From: Barthelona sp. PAP020
Lineage: Eukaryota
Length of the DNA stretch: 64,000 nucleotides
NCBI GenBank assembly: GCA_040182905.1
Contig: JARQWU010000027.1
Coordinates: forward strand, 1-64,000
Direction of reading: 5' to 3'
Shown: one piece after another, positions 63,847-64,000 of the stretch
How positions within the stretch are numbered: position 1 is the stretch's first letter
Layout of the letters: each line of letters opens with the position of its first letter
Notes under the pieces: model-generated
The model's input: the letters and a program-made list of their open reading frames with translations, nothing else
Databases searched by the model: none
Told to the model about the DNA's origin: nothing
Made by a program: the position numbers and the translations under genes

Positions 63847-64000
63847 TGCCTTGTTAAAGGGGTACCTTGTTACAGAGTGGTTTCAGCAATGAAAAGAAAC
63901 ATTCCACAGGGGTTGTCCAATAATAATTTTTTCCCTTATGAAGAGTGGGTTCAGCTCTTCACTGGAACTTATTTTCAGGAGACCAAAAGAAGAATGCTGA
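63842..64000 (+). ncRNA. Candidate structured ncRNA, unidentified (may run off the window end)
   Basis: Hairpins GGGGTGCC/GGTACCTT, GTTTC/GAAAC, GAAGAG/CTCTTC and CTGGAA/TTTCAG. G-U pairs favour the + strand. Confidence 0.4.

Noticed and set aside
1..64000. CRISPR arrays, tRNA or rRNA genes, non-standard genetic code
   Set aside because: No repeat-spacer array or recognisable tRNA/rRNA was seen by eye. Conserved genes are uninterrupted and end in all three stop codons.

Overview
This is AT-rich, gene-dense, almost intronless nuclear DNA from a microbial eukaryote. It uses the standard genetic code, with TAA, TAG and TGA all ending conserved genes. RSP3, an SF-assemblin-like protein and two TTLLs point to a flagellate. 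A flavodoxin-ferredoxin fusion and 41-44 nt introns with the branch point next to the 3' splice site suggest an anaerobic, metamonad-like organism (inference). About 28 intact genes are present, including TOR, Exo70, Nup93, Utp4, SepSecS, Naa15, PIG-F, guanylate kinase, a ZnT transporter, gamma-glutamyl hydrolase and a bacterial-type hybrid histidine kinase. The most notable observations are: (1) an unrecognised ~40-aa C-terminal module (CWDLxDxNExNGGNM plus an acidic tail) shared by a WD40 protein and a pseudokinase-ankyrin protein; (2) a 109-bp noncoding module present twice, with a PSE-like motif 69 bp upstream of two different hairpin-rich candidate ncRNAs; (3) an inverted, near-identical second Exo70 copy whose identity ends at the stop codon; (4) several predicted pseudoenzymes (kinesin, RNase III, kinase); (5) a small secreted poly-serine protein; (6) decayed gene and transposon remnants. 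All family assignments are by motif recognition by eye; no searches were run.
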